Below the pieces are notes generated by a model that saw only the letters and a program-made list of their open reading frames with translations, searched no databases and had not been told where the DNA came from. 64,000 nt of DNA from Vicugna vicugna (Eukaryota): assembly GCA_013265495.1 (NCBI GenBank), contig MU058781.1, forward strand, positions 11,699,009 through 11,763,008. The letters run 5' to 3'. Within the stretch, counting starts at the first letter, position 1; the number at the start of each line of letters is the position of its first letter. The translations under genes were made by a program, and so were the position numbers. Positions 1 through 11,789 of the stretch are shown here, piece after piece.

Positions 1-152
1 ACCCACTCCATCCCTGAACCTCAATACCTCCCCTCTGGCTATTCCCACAGTCAGAATCCTGACCAAAATGACCATCATCATCGTCACATGAACTGCCTTG
101 ACAACATAACAGGTGTCTTCATGTGCCACTCTTGCTACCCACTCCAATCAAT

Positions 153-343
153 TTGCTTTTTATTGACTTTACAGTTTTGTGTTAATTTCTAGTGTACAGC
201 ACAGTTAATTCATTTATCCACATATATATATATGTATTCCTTTTCACAATCTTTTTCATTATAGGCCATTACAAGGTACTGAATATAGTTCCCTGTGCTA
301 TACAGTAGGACCCTGTTGTTTATTTATTTCATATTTAGTAGTT
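153..343 (-). mobile_element. Cetartiodactyl L1 3' end, inserted into an L2 remnant (about 1-455)
   Basis: ataggccattacaaggtactgaatatagttccctgtgctatacagtagg is the L1 3'UTR signature. L2-like sequence lies on both sides. Confidence 0.8.
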
Positions 344-990
344 AGAGCCATCTTCAGACAATGCAGGTATGAAAATACACTACAACCACTTAAACCCCTT
401 TAGTAATGTAATTACTCTCAAGATAAAAACCCAAATTTCTTAGCCGTACTTCAAAGTGAACTACTCCCACAACAGTGGAGAAGAGACAGGTAGCAAAGAT
501 GTTAAACCACTGGAATTGATGATTCATTTACTGGAAGAAGGAGATAAAAGAGCCATCCAGGAGATGACATCAGAAGTCCAGTTTGCAGCACAGAAGAAAG
601 TGCCCAGGCATTGAGTTTAAGCTTCAAAAGGCAGCGACACAGACAGTGTGCAGAAAAACAGACAGAGGAATAACTGAGGGCAGCTGGGTGTGAACTTGTT
701 AACTTAGCCACCCCATGTTTGTCCCAAGAGCCCTCTAAATTTACAATCACTGTGAGACCTCATGGAAGGGTCTTACTTCCTTCTGTGATTAAGGGCCCAG
801 ATATTTTAAGTTTGAAAATAATTGATTATGCAAACCATGACTGATGGACATCAGTGGAGCAGAACTGCCTTCATGTGGTGCAGGAGAGACAAGAGCAGCT
901 GACTCTGCCAACCCAAGGGGGCAGCCTTCATTTAGACAGTGGTCACATCACTTCTGTGGTGGCTTCCTCTGGGGATACTCCACAGGTAGG

Positions 991-1128
991 GGAATAAAAA
1001 AGAATGAACTAATACCATTTACAGCAACATGGATGGACCTGGAGATCATCATTCTAATTGAAGTAAGCCAGAGAGAGAAAGAAAAATACCATATGATATC
1101 ACTCATATGGGGAATCTAAAAAAAGAAA
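991..1128 (+). mobile_element. L1 fragment (ORF2 end / 3'UTR)
   Basis: Translates KKNELIPFTATWMDLEIIILIEVSQREKEKYHMISLIWGI, the typical L1 ORF2 C-terminus. Confidence 0.9.
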
Positions 1129-4100
1129 AGCAAAGGAAGTATGGAAGATGCTCATATAGCCCATAGGGCGTTGCCATGTGACTGAGTCAGAGGAAGGTGA
1201 TATCTCGAGGTACCAGCAGCTGCCTGCTTAGAGCCTCAGAGAGGCAGGGGCAGCCTTCACAGAGCCATCTTGCTCCCATGTGTGGTGCTGAGGTCCAGAG
1301 CCTGAGATGAAGGCGCCAAGGGAAGACTTGTCTCTGGGAACTACCTCCCACTAAGCAAAACTTCAACAAAAAGATAGACAGAAATCAGAAAAGAGCCACA
1401 TTAATGGACAACAAGGAAGAAAAACTGCCAATGAAACATGTAGATTAACTGGTCAATATACTTAAAAGTGAAATAGAACTTAAGATACAAAAAAGATGTG
1501 CATTTATTGAGTGCTTACTGCATGCCAGACACTGTGCTAAATGTTCTGGAGGGGCAGTTTTCCCCCCACAGTGGGAAAGCCAAATTATAACCAGAATTTT
1601 GCTTGGTGAGAGTAAAATCTGAACCAAGTGAGTCAGTGAGTTAGCTGATGCCAATGGTGAGTGTCATCGAGTTAAGATAACCAATTCTAGTTTGCCAGAG
1701 ACTTCCCCAGTTTGAGCACTGAAAGTTGTTCATTCTGGGAAATCCCCTAGTACTAAGGAAACCAGCTGGCTGATCACCCTCCGTCAAGTTATAATGGCCC
1801 AGAGTTCCTCTCTCCTCTTTTTTGCATGACATCTAGAAAGGAAGGGACATCTATCTCATTGGGGCACCTTCGCTGCTGGACAGTGTTGGAGGAACACTGA
1901 CAAGTTCCAATTGTTATATCTAACAGTTCTTCCTTATTATCCTCTGCTTCCTTCCTATATCTGGTGCCATAGATTCATCTTGAGATGGTGAAGCGGGAGC
2001 ACAGGTTGTCTCACTCAGTACTGTTCCCTCTTCCAGTGTCTTCCTGCTCCGTAGTGGTGGAAACCTACGCACATCCTGCAGACCCACCTGCCACTAGAGC
2101 ACCTCACGTGACTTAAGAGTCTGCAGGCTGGTGCACTGATGTGAATTTTGAAGGAGCAAGTGGGCAAAACAAGTTGTTGGCCTTGTGTAGGAGAGTGAAC
2201 TTTCAGGCCAGTACAGTGGCTTTCATTCTTCTGAAGCCAGCAGGAGCAGGGCAGCTTCTGGACTGAGAAGCTCCCTGATCATGGGAGAGGCATGGTGCTT
2301 CTGGGCCCGTGTTGGCTACTGCTCCCAGTTCTTTTGAGAAGCTCAGGCTAGGTTGTGTACCTTCAGCCCTCCCAGTGATTTGATGAGTTATCACTAACTG
2401 TTCATAACTCTCCTTCTGCATAGATTAGCCAGAAGACCCTGTAATCTGCGAAGAAACAGACTGACACAAATGGTAAATAGGATGCTATCATCAACAGCTT
2501 AATACCTGCTTCCTGGAATGCTGTCTTGGAAAGGATTCTGAGGTCTCACCCAGGCTCCGTGAGCAAGGCTGCTCTGATGGACTGGAGAGCTCTCTTATGG
2601 CATCAGAGGGGGAGTCAGTGCAGCTTCGCCATCTGTGGTTAAGACTATTGACAAAACCATGTCTTTCTTCTTTTGTCTTATGACCATACTGTCATTTTAA
2701 AGATATCTTCTGCTGAGGTGTTGATTTTGTGAGTGTAACTCTAGAGATCAGAAATGTTAGACCTATTTCTTTAACCTTAAATTTAGAAGTATAAGCTATA
2801 ATTGTCCCTGATATCAAGGGTTGAATAATTGTTGACATAAGTTCTTGAAGAATGTAAATGCTCTGTTGAAAATGTCTTGCTCAGCAAAGATAAAGAAAAG
2901 AAGATTGAAGAATATTTACATTCTAGTGAGTATTACATAGGTCTATATATTACAGTATGTATATGTTACATTTGAGGAGTATTGTAAACGGTGGCTAGAG
3001 AAGGAATGAAGATCTTGCTCAAATTTAAATCTCTGTACATTCTATTTCTTATCATCATTATAACTTCCCTTTACTATTCAACAGTTTAGAATAAAATTTG
3101 TTTTACCCTGTACAAAGGTCGTAATATGTGCTTGAAGGAGGAAATTGTGTTTATTCCCTTGGACATAGAATATGACTGTTACAAGGAACAGACTGTCTCA
3201 AACTCTAAACAAAGCTATCAGCCTTGTGTTATTTTCTCTTCCACCATATACATTGCTCAGGTTCTCTTGTTAGACAGCTGGCCCTTCTTAGATCTGTAGA
3301 AAGAATTAATCAAGCCACTTGGAATTAATACAAACACAAGATACAGCATGATATCTTTGACAGTTCTTAGACTTAGGGGTTCCTCCTTGTCCCTCCTTTG
3401 TACCACCCCCACCTGAAAAGGCTCATCTCTCTTGGTGGAACTTTCTCTCCCGGGGGGATTTTTACTTTCAAACTCAGGGGGCCCCAAGGTGAGGCTGTAG
3501 AGGAGACATAATAGGCTCTCCAGCTGCTAACATCACATCGCCCAGGCACTACCTGTTCTGACACCCCAGAGTGGAAACTGAGTGAAACCCCTGTGCATCC
3601 AACCTAGGGCACAAGAACCAGAAAAGGAAATTTGGAGCTGGAAACAACTGGAGACAAATTCCAGTTTCTTTTCTATTTAATCAAGAACAGATGTCCTCCT
3701 TATGAGTCTTTTAGTTTCAAGTGATAGAAATCCACTACAAACATAATGAGTTTGTTTTTTTTAAGTGTGGAGAGAGTGTTTACGATCAGATGATAACAGC
3801 GAATGTTTCAAGCAGGTGTCTGAGGAGAGGACCGCCCCGAGAACCCACGGGCAGTAACCCGTCAGACTCTGCTTGGCTTTCACTTGCTCTCAAGAGTCAC
3901 AAGATGCAATCTGGGCTTCTGAGTGCTCAGCTGCCCTCCTGGCCTCATGGGCAGCCCAAGGCTCCGGCGTTAAACCAGAGGATTGAATTCTGACTGGACC
4001 CTTTCAAGCTGTGTGACCGTGGAGAGTCTGCTAAGCCACTGGAGGCCTGAGTGTCCCTGACCTTGGATGAGAACAACCACAGCTTCGACCCCACAAGACT

Positions 4101-4406
4101 GTGGTGAGGATCCGATGAGCTCATCCACATAAAAACAGTGCCAGCACTTTGTATTTATGAGCTGTTAATCTGGTTATATACTCTTGTTTCTCTCTGTGGA
4201 TTGGTTTTCCCTGCTTCACTGGGCCCACATCCAAGGCTGGCCAACTCACAATGGCAACCTCACTTCTAAGTCCACATCACCCCCCACCAGGCTGACAGCC
4301 AGACGGCACAGGATTCTTTCTGTTCCCAAATCAAAACCTCAGGATAAAGAATCTCCTTGGCTGGACTGTGGTCTTAGAGACAGATGAATTTGGCTGTGGA
4401 GGATGG

Positions 4407-4408
<2 letters not shown>

Positions 4409-4453
<45 letters not shown>

Positions 4454-4467
4454 TGCACGTGTGTGTA
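4409..4467. repeat. Compound microsatellite (GT)16(GC)5 ACGTGCACGT (GT)3
   Basis: Read directly; strictly alternating purine-pyrimidine. Confidence 0.95.
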
Positions 4468-4639
4468 GGGGGAGCACAGGGTGGAGGGATGCGGGGTGGA
4501 GGTGATGGTGGTAGTTCTCAAAAAAAGAAAGGGTGTCTTTAAGGGCTGGTTAATCCTCCCAAAAAAGGTGAGCCCAGAAAACCTGCATTTTGTAATTTTG
4601 TGATGTCTTTGATAAACACTGCTGGAGCCCATCCCAGAT

Positions 4640-5040
4640 ACCTTGCATCCTTTTACCATATCTGTGTGTTGCATTCCTCATGCGCAACCTTTCTGTGCCC
4701 CTGACCTACTGAGTCACTTTACTCTCAAGTGCAGAGACTCAGAAGGACCAAGCCTCCCTTCCTCCAGGGCCACCCATAACCAGGAAGTGCCACCTGCTGG
4801 TGAGGGTCTGAATGTCCAGCAACCCTGCCTTTTCAGTGAGCATAATTCACCCTCCGGAGCTACGGTGGGGGTGGGGGGATCAGGCTGAGGAAGGAGGTAA
4901 GGATTCTACCTGAGATGGCACTATTCTTGGGTCCTTCCCCATCTCTGTCCGTCTTCCTGGCTTCCCCAGGAACCTTTCCTTAATAAATCACTTACACACG
5001 AATCCTGCTCTCAGGGTCTGTTTCTGGAGCTCCACTGAAA
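4640..5040 (+). mobile_element. Ancient ERVL-type LTR (LTR16/LTR33-like)
   Basis: 3' signature aataaatcacttacacacgaatcctgctctcagggtctgtttctgg. The 5' boundary is uncertain. Confidence 0.5.
4787..4800 (-). promoter_or_regulatory. CTCF-type motif CCAGCAGGTGGCAC
   Basis: Full match to the CCASYAGRKGGCRS consensus. Confidence 0.45.
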
Positions 5041-5222
5041 ACAATCCCACAGATCAAAACATGAGTCTGCACTCATTGGTGAGCTGTTAATGCATGTAAC
5101 TGATGTCCATGGGAAAGGGATTCCTCCGATCATCTGAGGTCGGCGGGTGTAGGTTCACCCTTGCATTCTTTGGTGGGACCCCCACCCACTGAGAGAGGGT
5201 GTTGGAGAGGCCCATCTCTCTG

Positions 5223-5353
5223 NNNNNNNNNNNNNNNNNNNNNNNNNNNNNNNNNNNNNNNNNNNNNNNNNNNNNNNNNNNNNNNNNNNNNNNNNNNNNN
5301 NNNNNNNNNNNNNNNNNNNNNNNNNNNNNNNNNNNNNNNNNNNNNNNNNNNNN
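5223..5353. other. Assembly gap (131 N)
   Basis: Run of n. Confidence 1.
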
Positions 5354-5884
5354 ATCTTCTTCGCTGGCCCCTGTCCCCCGCCAGCTGGGAGAGCAGTTTT
5401 AACTTTCAGAAAAATAGACTCTTCCTGCCAAGTCCAGCTGCCTGTCTGAAAGCTAAACACGGGCAGGCCAGTAAACGAAGGCAGGATGAGAGGCGACATT
5501 TCTAGGACAAGCTGCCTCCTTAACTGATTCTCAGGAAGTAAACTCATTCCTATAGCGGGGGTTGCTAGTACTGATTATAAGGACGAGCTCTTTGAGTGGA
5601 TTTCAATGAGAAATGTTCTTGCACGAGAGCTCATGCAGGGCTGGCTGTTTCCTCAGGCCTGAAGCCAAACAAGGTGCTCCCCTGGGCCAGTCTCGATGCG
5701 AGGCAGACAAGACAGTCACCGGCGGGCTGGAACTGGAGCGTCTCCACTTCCCAACCCCACTTCCAAATATCCTGACCACCTCAGCCTGACACTGAGGACT
5801 AAAGTCCTACCCCCCAAATTCACCTCATTAGGCTGAAAATGTCTCTGTTGTTCAAATGCAAACCTTCCGAGAGAGAGAACACAT

Positions 5885-6400
5885 TTCCCTGTTGCATTTA
5901 CCAGAGTTGCAAGTGACAGAAACTTAACTAGAAATGACATAAGCATATAACAGGATTTACTGTTATATGTTTGGCTCAGTAATAAGGGTAGACTGGCTTC
6001 AAGCACAGCTAGGTCAGGTACCAGAATAACATCATCAGAAATCTATCTTTTCTTTCTTTTTGCCAGCTTTGCTTTTCTCTGTGTTGGCTTCATTCTCAGA
6101 TGGCTCCGCTCCTACTCTCTCAGCAACCCCCGTCATCCCAGCCAAATCTCAGGACTGCCTCTCGTTGGCTCACGTTGAGTCACGTGGTCTCCATGATCCA
6201 ATCGTTGTGACTCTGACTGAGGAGGCCTTGCTCATGTGCCAACGGCTGGGTGGGGAAGAGGGGTCAGCCCCACCCAGAGTCAGAGAGGGTGGCTCAGCAA
6301 AGAAAACGTCAGTGCTCTTACCAAGAGAAGAAGGAATGGGTAATAAGATAAAACCAAAACCTGTCCAGCACAGTCATCAGTTTTCACACCTACACACGTA
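5885..6400 (-). mobile_element. MaLR LTR (MLT1K-like)
   Basis: gttgcaagtgacagaaac...ctttgcttttctctgtgttggcttcattctcag. Confidence 0.7.
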
Positions 6401-9400
6401 ATAACCAGCAGAGCAGCGCCCTACAAGATGAGACATAGCACAGATTGTAGAGACAAATCTAGAGGAAGGCGCACCATATTGGGAAACCAGGCTGGGGTAG
6501 GGGGACACTGCATTAGGGTTCCTTGAGGACAAAGGGGGCAACTCAGTGGATCTGAGATTTTAAGAGTACACTCTTAGAGGCCAAGAAAGTTTCAAGACCA
6601 TGCAAAAAAACAGCACTGGAATTCCAGGTAGCTTGACAGGTTATGGGCAGGTGGCCAGCACTGCAGCTCACAATTCACACCAATAGGCTTCCCCTGACTT
6701 GGAAGCTCAGCCTTCAGCCTTGCTTAACAGCAACGAAATCATCTATTATGATTTTCTATATCATAATCCAGGGATACTTCATCATGCTTCATGTGGTTTA
6801 TGGGTGCTGGGCAGGGACAAGTAGGATAAAATTAGGAAGGATGTTCTGTCCTATTTGCTGGACTTTCCCATTATCGCTGTTCCCACAACAGGCAGCTACG
6901 ATGTACCAAGCACCATATTATAACAACCCCATGAGACCTAGCCTAGAGCTCCACTCTACAGAGGAGGAACTAGGGCTTGGAGAAAGGAGAAGTGATTTGC
7001 CAGCCAGTGAGTGTGGGGCCAGGATAGAGACTCCAGTCATGGGAATCCAGAGCCTGTATCCCTAAACCCCATACCTCAACTGAGCATCTGAATGCAGGAA
7101 CAGTTGGGGAAGTGTGGAGGGAAGAATTACAAAGAGAGAAGATCGAAGTTTAAAGCAATCAGCATTAAGGGGTAGGGAGAAAAATCCAGGAATACAAGAC
7201 AGGCTATGACCAGGGCCAAGGGGCCAATAGATTATGAGAACATGTTGCCCTTTACTGGCTAGAGATGAAATGACTAAAAGTGAAGTAACCACATAATTGA
7301 TTGTCTAAACCCAGACCTTTTGCGAGTGGGAGGCACTGTTCATAATTATACAAGGAAGACTGTAATAAATCGAAACTGGCTTGGGAGAACCAGGGCAACA
7401 GGGTCACCCTAACTAGAGCTACTATGGCAGAGCCTGGCTTTATTCTAATGGTGGTAATGGGTAAGCATGGATTCATCCACAGCCCCTCAGCCCCTTCATT
7501 CATCATCCTGTGGGCTGCAGGATGGCCGGTAACCCTTTATCCTTGTAGCCCTGTTCTCCACCCAACCAGATGTAGTACAGTCAGGGGACAAAAGACACAG
7601 TTTAATAATTAATGTTTTAAATTAAATCAACAATTAACTAAGCAAGGCAGGATATCAGACTGGTTAATGGATTTCCCTTTGAGGTTCAGACCTCAGCCAT
7701 GTGACCTTAGGCAAGATCTGGGGGCTCAGATTCTCGATCTGTAAAATGGGCATGAGAGCACACACTGAGGTCTTACTTTGTCTTTAGATGTGGAACTAAG
7801 CACTCCATGTGGATTATTTAATTCTGTCATCATTACAGACCAATGAGGCAGACACTATAATTATCTCCACTTTGCAGACCAAAGTGCCAAAGTTCATGGA
7901 GGTTACCTGACTCCAGGTCACACAAGTAATCAATACCTCTCTGGTAGAGGCTGTTTTTGGTGATTAAAAGAGACAAAACTTATTATAAACTTGGCATTTT
8001 GACTGAAAGCCAAGAGAAAGCCCTTATATATGTGATATATGTGAGCCCTTAATGATGATAATTGAATATTCAATATTATTGTTAGCCTACATTTATAACT
8101 GGGAAGGCACTAATCTGGATCATATTTCTAACGTACCATATGGCAGGAGGGTCCTCTGAATAAAAACCCTTAATACTCTTTAGTATCCTAAGGGGACAGC
8201 ACTGTTGACATGAACCATCCCTGAGAGCTCCAAGAATCTGAAACATCCAGGCACTTCTTGCTGCAGCTGGGAAAATAAAATATTCACATGTATCCTTAAA
8301 CCCAGACAGTTATTCAAAAAAAAAAAAGGAAAAAAGAAAAACAAGCAAGTATCCTCAGTGGACAGAAGGCAGCAGAGTGGGGTGGGGAGGGAGAGAGAGA
8401 GTAATTGTTTAATAAACTGCCCCAGTTCCTCCCAAACAGAGACTTGTGTCCCAGGAATGTATAACCGGAAATCATCGGCCACGCCACCCCCAAGAGCTGC
8501 TCACCTGTCTCCAGGAAAGCCGTTAGCTTTGCAAAGGACATGTTTTATGGGCGGCCAGGGAGAACTCTACATATTTGCTTCCAATCCCTGCAAAGGTCCT
8601 GGGGCCAGAGGAGATCATCTGAACAACCTCCCTCAACCCGTGAGCAGTGCCCAGGCAGAGGGCATGGGAGAAACACCCAGATACTGAGAGATGCCACCGG
8701 CCTCCAGTCCCTCTACCAGAAAAGTCGCACCTGAGGGGTGAGGACCAGGGATTCCTATGTAGGGAGATGCCTATTCAAATTTCTGGATCCTAATGGATGA
8801 TGCGACCTTGGGCAAGTTAGTTAACTAGGTAGTTGAGCCCTGTTTTCCTTGTTGGTAAAATATGGATAATAAAACCTTCCTCATATTGTGAAAGAAACAA
8901 TGTACTTGAATCACTACATTGTACACCTGAAATTAATATAATATGGTAAATAAGCTATACATCAATTTTTTTTAAAAAAATGTATATTGCATGCTAAGCC
9001 CAGTGCCTGACACACAGGAGAGCTTCATAAATGTTAACTATGGTTACAATAAGTAGTAATTGAAAATACTGCTGTGTTAGGAAGTGTGAGCACAGAAATA
9101 CACAGTCCCCGAGCGCCAGAGCTTATGGACACAAACTGGAGACACGTCTAACCACATAAAATGATTGGCCATCCAGCAGGTACCAGTGGTGTGATGGGGG
9201 TTTAGAGATGAAAGAGATGGGGGCAGACAGGTGCAGGCTGGACATGCCCAGGAGGTAGAGATGAGGATGGTTGAGATCTTGATGGAGGCAAAGAAAGAAA
9301 AAGCTTGGTGAAAGCTAGAATGGATCTGGAGGAGAGGAGTGCCAAGTAAACGGGGCAGGTGGCACTCTGGCAGGAGCCAGGAGCTGCTGTCACCTCACCT

Positions 9401-11789
9401 GACTGACCCCAGCTGGAGTCCAGAATCTGGTCACAACAGTGAGGCAGCAGTCACTCATCTACCACTCCCCGAGGGTTCTGTAAATCCCGAGCTGCTAAAA
9501 ACCAGCACAGGACTTGAGAATGACTGAACCCACACTCTGGAATGACAGCCATGGACAGGTTCCTCTACAGCAACTTTGAACACTATATATGCTAAACTGC
9601 AAATGATACAGCAGAATTCTGATTATGAATCGCATGTCCATTTCCAACATAAATTGATGAAAATCCTGTGCTGAGTGCACAGAGAAGAATGAACTGTCTA
9701 AATTTTTACTTTTTCTGGCTCTCCAGTTTTTACCTCCCCTGTGTCTGAAGTTATTCTACAGGGGGGCTAAATTCAGGTAAATGCTAAAACTAGCTAGTCA
9801 TCAAAGAAAATTCTTTATTTGGGTATAGCACTGGAAATACAGAGTATTTTGCAATTATATCCCTAACAAGTTCTTGCTTTCTCTAATCAGCTGTGCAAAC
9901 TATCAGCCTAGGCTGAATTTTCACCCTGAGAAGGATTTCTTCCTTTATTTGCCCAATGTTGCATCTCAGCTCTTTCTAATCAGAGCACTTTTTTTCCCTC
10001 CCAGTTGCCTCTTTTCTGCCCTGAGTCACTGATGGGAGAGGAGAATGAATTTTGGTATTTTATCCTCTTGACAGAAAAGTAAATTCCAGATGGGACTCAA
10101 GTTCAAAAACGTTCTCTTTTTGGGGCAGGAACACACGTGCCCGATTTCCTGGGTGACGCTGTTGAATCATAAGCTATAAACACTTTGTCATAAACACTTC
10201 ATAAACACTTTGTCAAAGGTGTACAGTGCTAACATAATAACAATGATAATTATTATTGCGCTCTTTTTCGAATTCACTGTGAGTTCCATAGAGTTGCACC
10301 TGAGCTCATGGGCACTTCAGCCGGTGGGGTCAGGGCGGCTGGGACTCACTGTTGGAACAGCCATAAATGCTCTGGTCACTGTGTCCCCAGTGTCTAGTTG
10401 AGCTTCATACTTAATAATGTTTGGTCTACCTAGAGGGCAACAGAATGTTTGTTCCTGGACCTGGAAGGCCATTAACTTTTTTTTCCAGGGAAATATTGGC
10501 CTGAAGTTCTGGGAACATTGCTTCATTGCCTGGCCTTATAAGAATTTGCTTATAAGGAGGCAAATTAACTCTAGTCTTAGAATTTTTTTCACACAAAAAA
10601 AGATACATGCAAGATTTTTACTACTGAAAAGGTTTCATTTGCCTGTGTCAATTATAGCTACTAAAATGATCAGCTCTAGAAAGGCTGTTTTAATGGAAAC
10701 AAGGACTTCACAGGTCCAGCCTGGGTAGGTCCATGCCTCCAAAAGGAAACAGTCCCTTCCTGGTTCTTTTAGCTGGATTATTGGGCAGGCCATCATTCTG
10801 TATCAGATTATTATTAACACATGAGGCCTTCTCATAAGGACCACGGCCTTCAATGTGTAATAGCTGTGGTCACACAAAGCAGTACAATCTCCCATCTTGG
10901 TGTTTGAATTATGTAAATGGAAGGATAAAACTACCCAACTTCCCATCCTTCCATAGACTGAGGCTGCAGAGGACACTGAGAATCTAACCCTTACAAGATG
11001 ACATTTCAGAGTTAAGGGAGTATAGTGTTTATGTACTGAAGGGAGTGTCGGTTAAGGGAAATGTCTCAGACACAAATCTTTCTTACTCCCGCTTGGCCCA
11101 AAGACGCACAATTTGAAAAGAACAGTTCGATGGGAGTGGGTGGGTGATGTCAAAGGACCAGAAGTAACATTGTTTTGACCAATAGAGTGAAGTCTGAACT
11201 CTGCAATGTGGCAAGGGTGGGAAAATACCCCTTCCTTCTTAAAACTTGAGACTGCTTTCTCCCAAAATTAACATTTGTCCCTAGATGAACAGTGGGTTTG
11301 ATTCAACTATTACCCGCACGTCTGCGCAGAGGAGGATCTATCTCTAAGAGAATGAGGCTAAGGGTGTCCACCCCTGCCCCGGACATGGGAAGCCTGGAGG
11401 CCAGAGCAACAGGGGTCCCTCCCTCTCAGCCAATGGTGTGAGGGTCTTGCAGCCATAAAGACGGAGGCTGACTGCGCCGGATACCCTTGAGGAATTATTA
11501 GAGTAAATACTCCAGACTGGACGAAACGCGTTACCTGGGAACAGGCATGGTCCTGAGGTCAGTTTTAACAGGGGGAAAAGGGTCCCCTAAATGGTGGGTG
11601 AAGGATGCCTGCGTGAGATGGGAAGGAGGGTTTTTAATTTGTCCTCTTCCCCTACACAGAAGCCTTTGAAAGCAGGGAAGTCAGACCAGGACTTGTGTGC
11701 CCCTCAGGGGGCCCTCCTATAAAGGATCTGATACCTCAGGTGTTTTCCCACCAAAATAGAGAGAAGCCAATTTTAGCTCAGTGCCCTTA

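Larger units (their letters stand above)
1640..8598 (-). pseudogene. Candidate spliced small gene or decayed unitary pseudogene (exons 8505-8598, 8137-8266, 3413-3494, about 1640-2445)
   Basis: Four segments with good splice sites and compatible phases give an 89-aa ORF. It is in frame, across a single TAA, with the 72-aa ORF at 2203-2421. No protein family recognised. Confidence 0.35.

Noticed and set aside
5155-5547. ORFs of 114-130 aa here and around 37771-38052
   Set aside because: Artefacts of translating through N gaps.
8137-8598. Faint death-domain-like wording (DWKQICRVL...QILGALR) in the candidate ORF
   Set aside because: Spacing is about 13 residues shorter than in FADD-type domains and the similarity is by eye only. 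It needs an HHpred/HMMER hit before any claim.
9480-9690. Minus-strand GFSSIYVGNGHAIH, resembling the NlpC/P60-PLAAT IYVGxG motif, after a plausible acceptor
   Set aside because: The catalytic His before the motif is absent, stops follow within about 15 codons, and no NCEHF motif is found. Probably chance.
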